Shown piece by piece: positions 61,340 to 64,000 of a DNA stretch of 64,000 bases. Made by a program: the position numbers and the translations under genes. This stretch comes from Chiloscyllium plagiosum. Lineage: Eukaryota. Positions within the stretch are counted from its first letter, which is position 1. The number at the start of each line of letters is the position of its first letter. The notes below the pieces were generated by a model that ran no database searches, was not told where the DNA came from, and saw only the letters and a list, made by a program, of their open reading frames with translations. Where the stretch lies: positions 80,341,486 to 80,405,485 of the forward strand of contig NC_057719.1 of NCBI RefSeq assembly GCF_004010195.1. The letters are read 5' to 3'.

Positions 61340-61936
61340 ACAACCTTCCTGCTTTGAATGAAAGAATGAAGCACCAATTCTCATCCTTCAGATACATTAG
61401 CCGATGAGCCACTTCATACGATGAGTAAGTACAACTCAATCACATTAAAAGTGTTTTATTTAAGGGATTAGCAAGTGAGCTCCATCAAATCCAAAGTAAT
61501 TAAGCAATTCTAATGGACTTTCTTGCTAGACCTGTCAGTGGTTTTAATTGTGTATTGACTGAGTGCATTGAGTATATTGTGGAGCATTTGAGCTGTCACT
61601 ATGTATTCAGCGTGGAAATTAAATGAACACTGGTTCAGGGTAGATACTTACAGGTTCAGATAATAACATAGGCTCTGAAGACCCGATAGGAATGTTGTCA
61701 TTGCTGTGGGAGGACAAGAATCGTGTGTTAGGATTAATCTGGTCCATTGTCACAACACAGGCTGCACACCCATCTATAAATCTGCCCATCAATTAACATG
61801 TTTGGACTATTAACCAGACATCAACAGAGTGAGGCTCAAACTATGAGGGATTTAAGCAATACTTACAGTTGGTCTGCACCACACAAAACCTGTCCGCAAC
61901 TCTTACAAGGGAACGTTAATTCTGGCTGGAGCGGGA

Positions 61937-62085
61937 ACACATCATGATGTGGCGAAAGTGAGGACTGCAGATGTTGGAGATCAGAATCAAGAAACCTGAT
62001 GGAGGACTTTCCTGCTCTTCGGATGCTGCCTGACCTGCCGTGCTTTTGCAGCACCACTCTAATCTTGACACACATCACGATGTGG
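61937..62085. mobile_element. Inverted PLE-terminus insertion (family A)
   Basis: 16-bp TSD ACACATCA(T/C)GATGTGG at 61937-61952 and 62070-62085; tail on minus strand, body on plus strand. Confidence 0.8.
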
Positions 62086-62494
62086 TCTGGTCAGGTAAAG
62101 ATTACAGATATTCTTCGCTCAGGGCATTGGTGAACCAGATGGATATTTAACTATTGTTAAGGCGAGCTTCAGATTTATTAACTTATTTTACACGCCACAG
62201 TGGGATTAGAATCCATGTATCCGGATACGTTAACCTTGGTATCATGTGTTGCTAGCCCAGTGACATTCTCACTGCGTGAAACTGCTGTCATGTTTTGGTG
62301 TAGCTCGTGATATTGAGTTTGGATTGTGAAAACATCCACTTTTATATTGAATTGTGTTGGAAAATGATCATTGTGTGTCAGTGATTTCCTCTCTCTAACT
62401 GATCATTGAATTTTGACTCATTTGGTTTCATTTCTTCTGCCAAACTTGTCTCCTCTTGTTTTAATTCCACTGACCTGACCACTAGGATGTGATT

Positions 62495-62615
62495 CACGTT
62501 ATAGAAGCGTATGGCATGGAAACAGACCCTTTGGTCCAACTCGTCCACACAGAGACCAGAGTTCCTAAACTGAACTAATCCCATTTATCAGCGTTTGGCC
62601 CATATCCCTGTAAAC
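62495..62615 (-). mobile_element. CR1 3'UTR fragment
   Basis: GGAAACAGACCCTTTGGTCCAACTCGTCC. Confidence 0.7.
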
Positions 62616-62616
62616 C

Positions 62617-63060
62617 TGAAATAACTGCCCAGAGACCAGTATCCCGTCACCAAGTCACCCTTTACTTACACGTGCGCAGTACACTGGCTGTGGCCAGCCA
62701 GTTCAGGGTCAGTCCTTGAAATCAGGAGACTCTCTGAATCTTCTGCTTCTACCTATCAGCCAGGGCTGCTAGACTGGCCCAGGTTAACAACCTAATCAAG
62801 GATCTCATAGTCAATTAGATCCACCTCACCAACCTCATTTTATTCACTACATCTCTTCCCCAGCATCCCCCACTCCCACATCTGGGGATTTAATCCTGGT
62901 CTTTCTCTGGTAGCCTTTCCTGGGAAATCTATGCCCCAGGTCCAGTTCCTCTGCCTCAGAAACGAGCGACATGTACCAGACAGCAGACCATCTCTTGTGT
63001 CCAAAGCATCCTGGGAAAGTTTCCTCCTCTTCTTCTGGTGATAGTGCTGGTGGCAGTAAT
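62617..63060 (-). mobile_element. LTR-retrotransposon 3' end: LTR (62617-62851), polypurine tract and internal remnant
   Basis: Minus strand GGGGAAGAGA followed by TGTAGTG...GTTATTTCA (TG..CA ends). Confidence 0.6.
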
Positions 63061-63144
63061 TTGAGCTGTGTAAATGATTCTGGGTTTTAGTTTTTAGTTT
63101 GCTTAATATTACAAAATGCATGGCAGCCAGCGTTTTCATTAAAA

Positions 63145-63605
63145 GACGCTGTTGAACTGGAAAAGGTTCAGAAAAGATTTACAAGGATGTTTCCGGAGTT
63201 GGAGATTTTGAGCTACAGGCACAGGGTGAATAGGCTGGGGCTGTTTTCCCTGGTGCCTCAGAGGCTGAGAGGTGACCTTATAAAGGTTTATAAAATCATG
63301 AGGGGCGTGGATAGTCCAAAACTAGAGGGCACAGGTTTAAGGTGAGAGGGGAAAGATATAAAAGGGACCTGAGGGGAAACTTTTACATGCAAAGGATGGT
63401 GAGTGTATGGACAAGTTGCCAGAGAAGGTGAGTTGGTGCAATTGTAACGTTTAAAAGGCATCTAGATGGGTATATGAATAGGAATGGTTCAGAGGGGCAT
63501 GGGTCAAATGGTGGAAAATGGGCACCAGGTCAGATTGGAATGTCTGGTCGGAGTGGACAAGTTGGATTGCAGGGTCTATTTCTTGGATGTATAACTCTGA
63601 CTCTA
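63145..63605 (+). mobile_element. CR1 3' fragment
   Basis: LEKVQKRFTRM...LGLFSL...LRGDL plus 3'UTR. Confidence 0.85.
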
Positions 63606-64000
63606 GCCATTGTTAGATTCTAACAAGGGAAATGAGCTGATTTGGAATAAATAAACTAGCTTTGGAAGAAGCTTTTCTTTTGCTGCCACACAAACACACT
63701 TAATAATCCAAGAACACTGACAAACTACCTTATACGAGTAGCAAGCAATATATGATTGATTAGAGGAAGCACCTCAATTATACTGTAATTGAGGAATAAG
63801 TATTTTGTAATCAGTAGTGAATAAGGGCTGTCTTGCTTTTATTAATTTCTATCAATTAAATTATTAACTGCATATATGTTAAGTATTGTAAGAACAGACT
63901 GTGTGAAAAGATTGAAAAATGCACCTCCCGGAGTTTAATCAGTAGTGCTGTCCTGGGCACTAAAGCTTATAATTAATAGTATGTTCATTTTAAGATAGGG

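Noticed and set aside
1..64000. Minus-strand excess of HE1 SINEs as evidence for a plus-strand host intron
   Set aside because: Counts are small (about 9 versus 3-4) and CR1 fragments are roughly balanced between strands.

Overview
This is vertebrate nuclear DNA, most likely a shark or other elasmobranch, judged from HE1-type tRNA-derived SINEs, CR1/HER1-like LINEs with (TCTATGAC)n tails and Deu-domain SINEs. No host protein-coding gene, RNA gene or CRISPR array can be supported; the window reads as a large intron or intergenic region. The recognisable ORFs are all decayed transposon pieces: many CR1 LINEs, one full-length but inactivated L1 nested in a Tigger-type MITE, Penelope-like elements (PLE; RT plus GIY-YIG), and Gypsy, RTE, Tx1 and probable Harbinger remnants. 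There is also a CpG-rich MULE-like MITE and two minisatellites. The most striking signal is a set of 100-430 bp PLE-terminus insertions from at least four sequence families. They carry minimal hammerhead ribozyme motifs (CUGANGA-N-stemII-GAA-4-nt palindrome-H) whose stems differ in sequence yet still pair. Several are foldbacks with 9-16 bp target-site duplications (TSDs). One (10711-11141) holds a ~97% identical inverted copy of 175 bp of local DNA from 3 kb upstream between its two hammerhead arms. Two more local copies of ~275 bp lie at 48.7 and 58.0 kb. Family names come from visual motif recognition, not database searches, and repeat boundaries are approximate.
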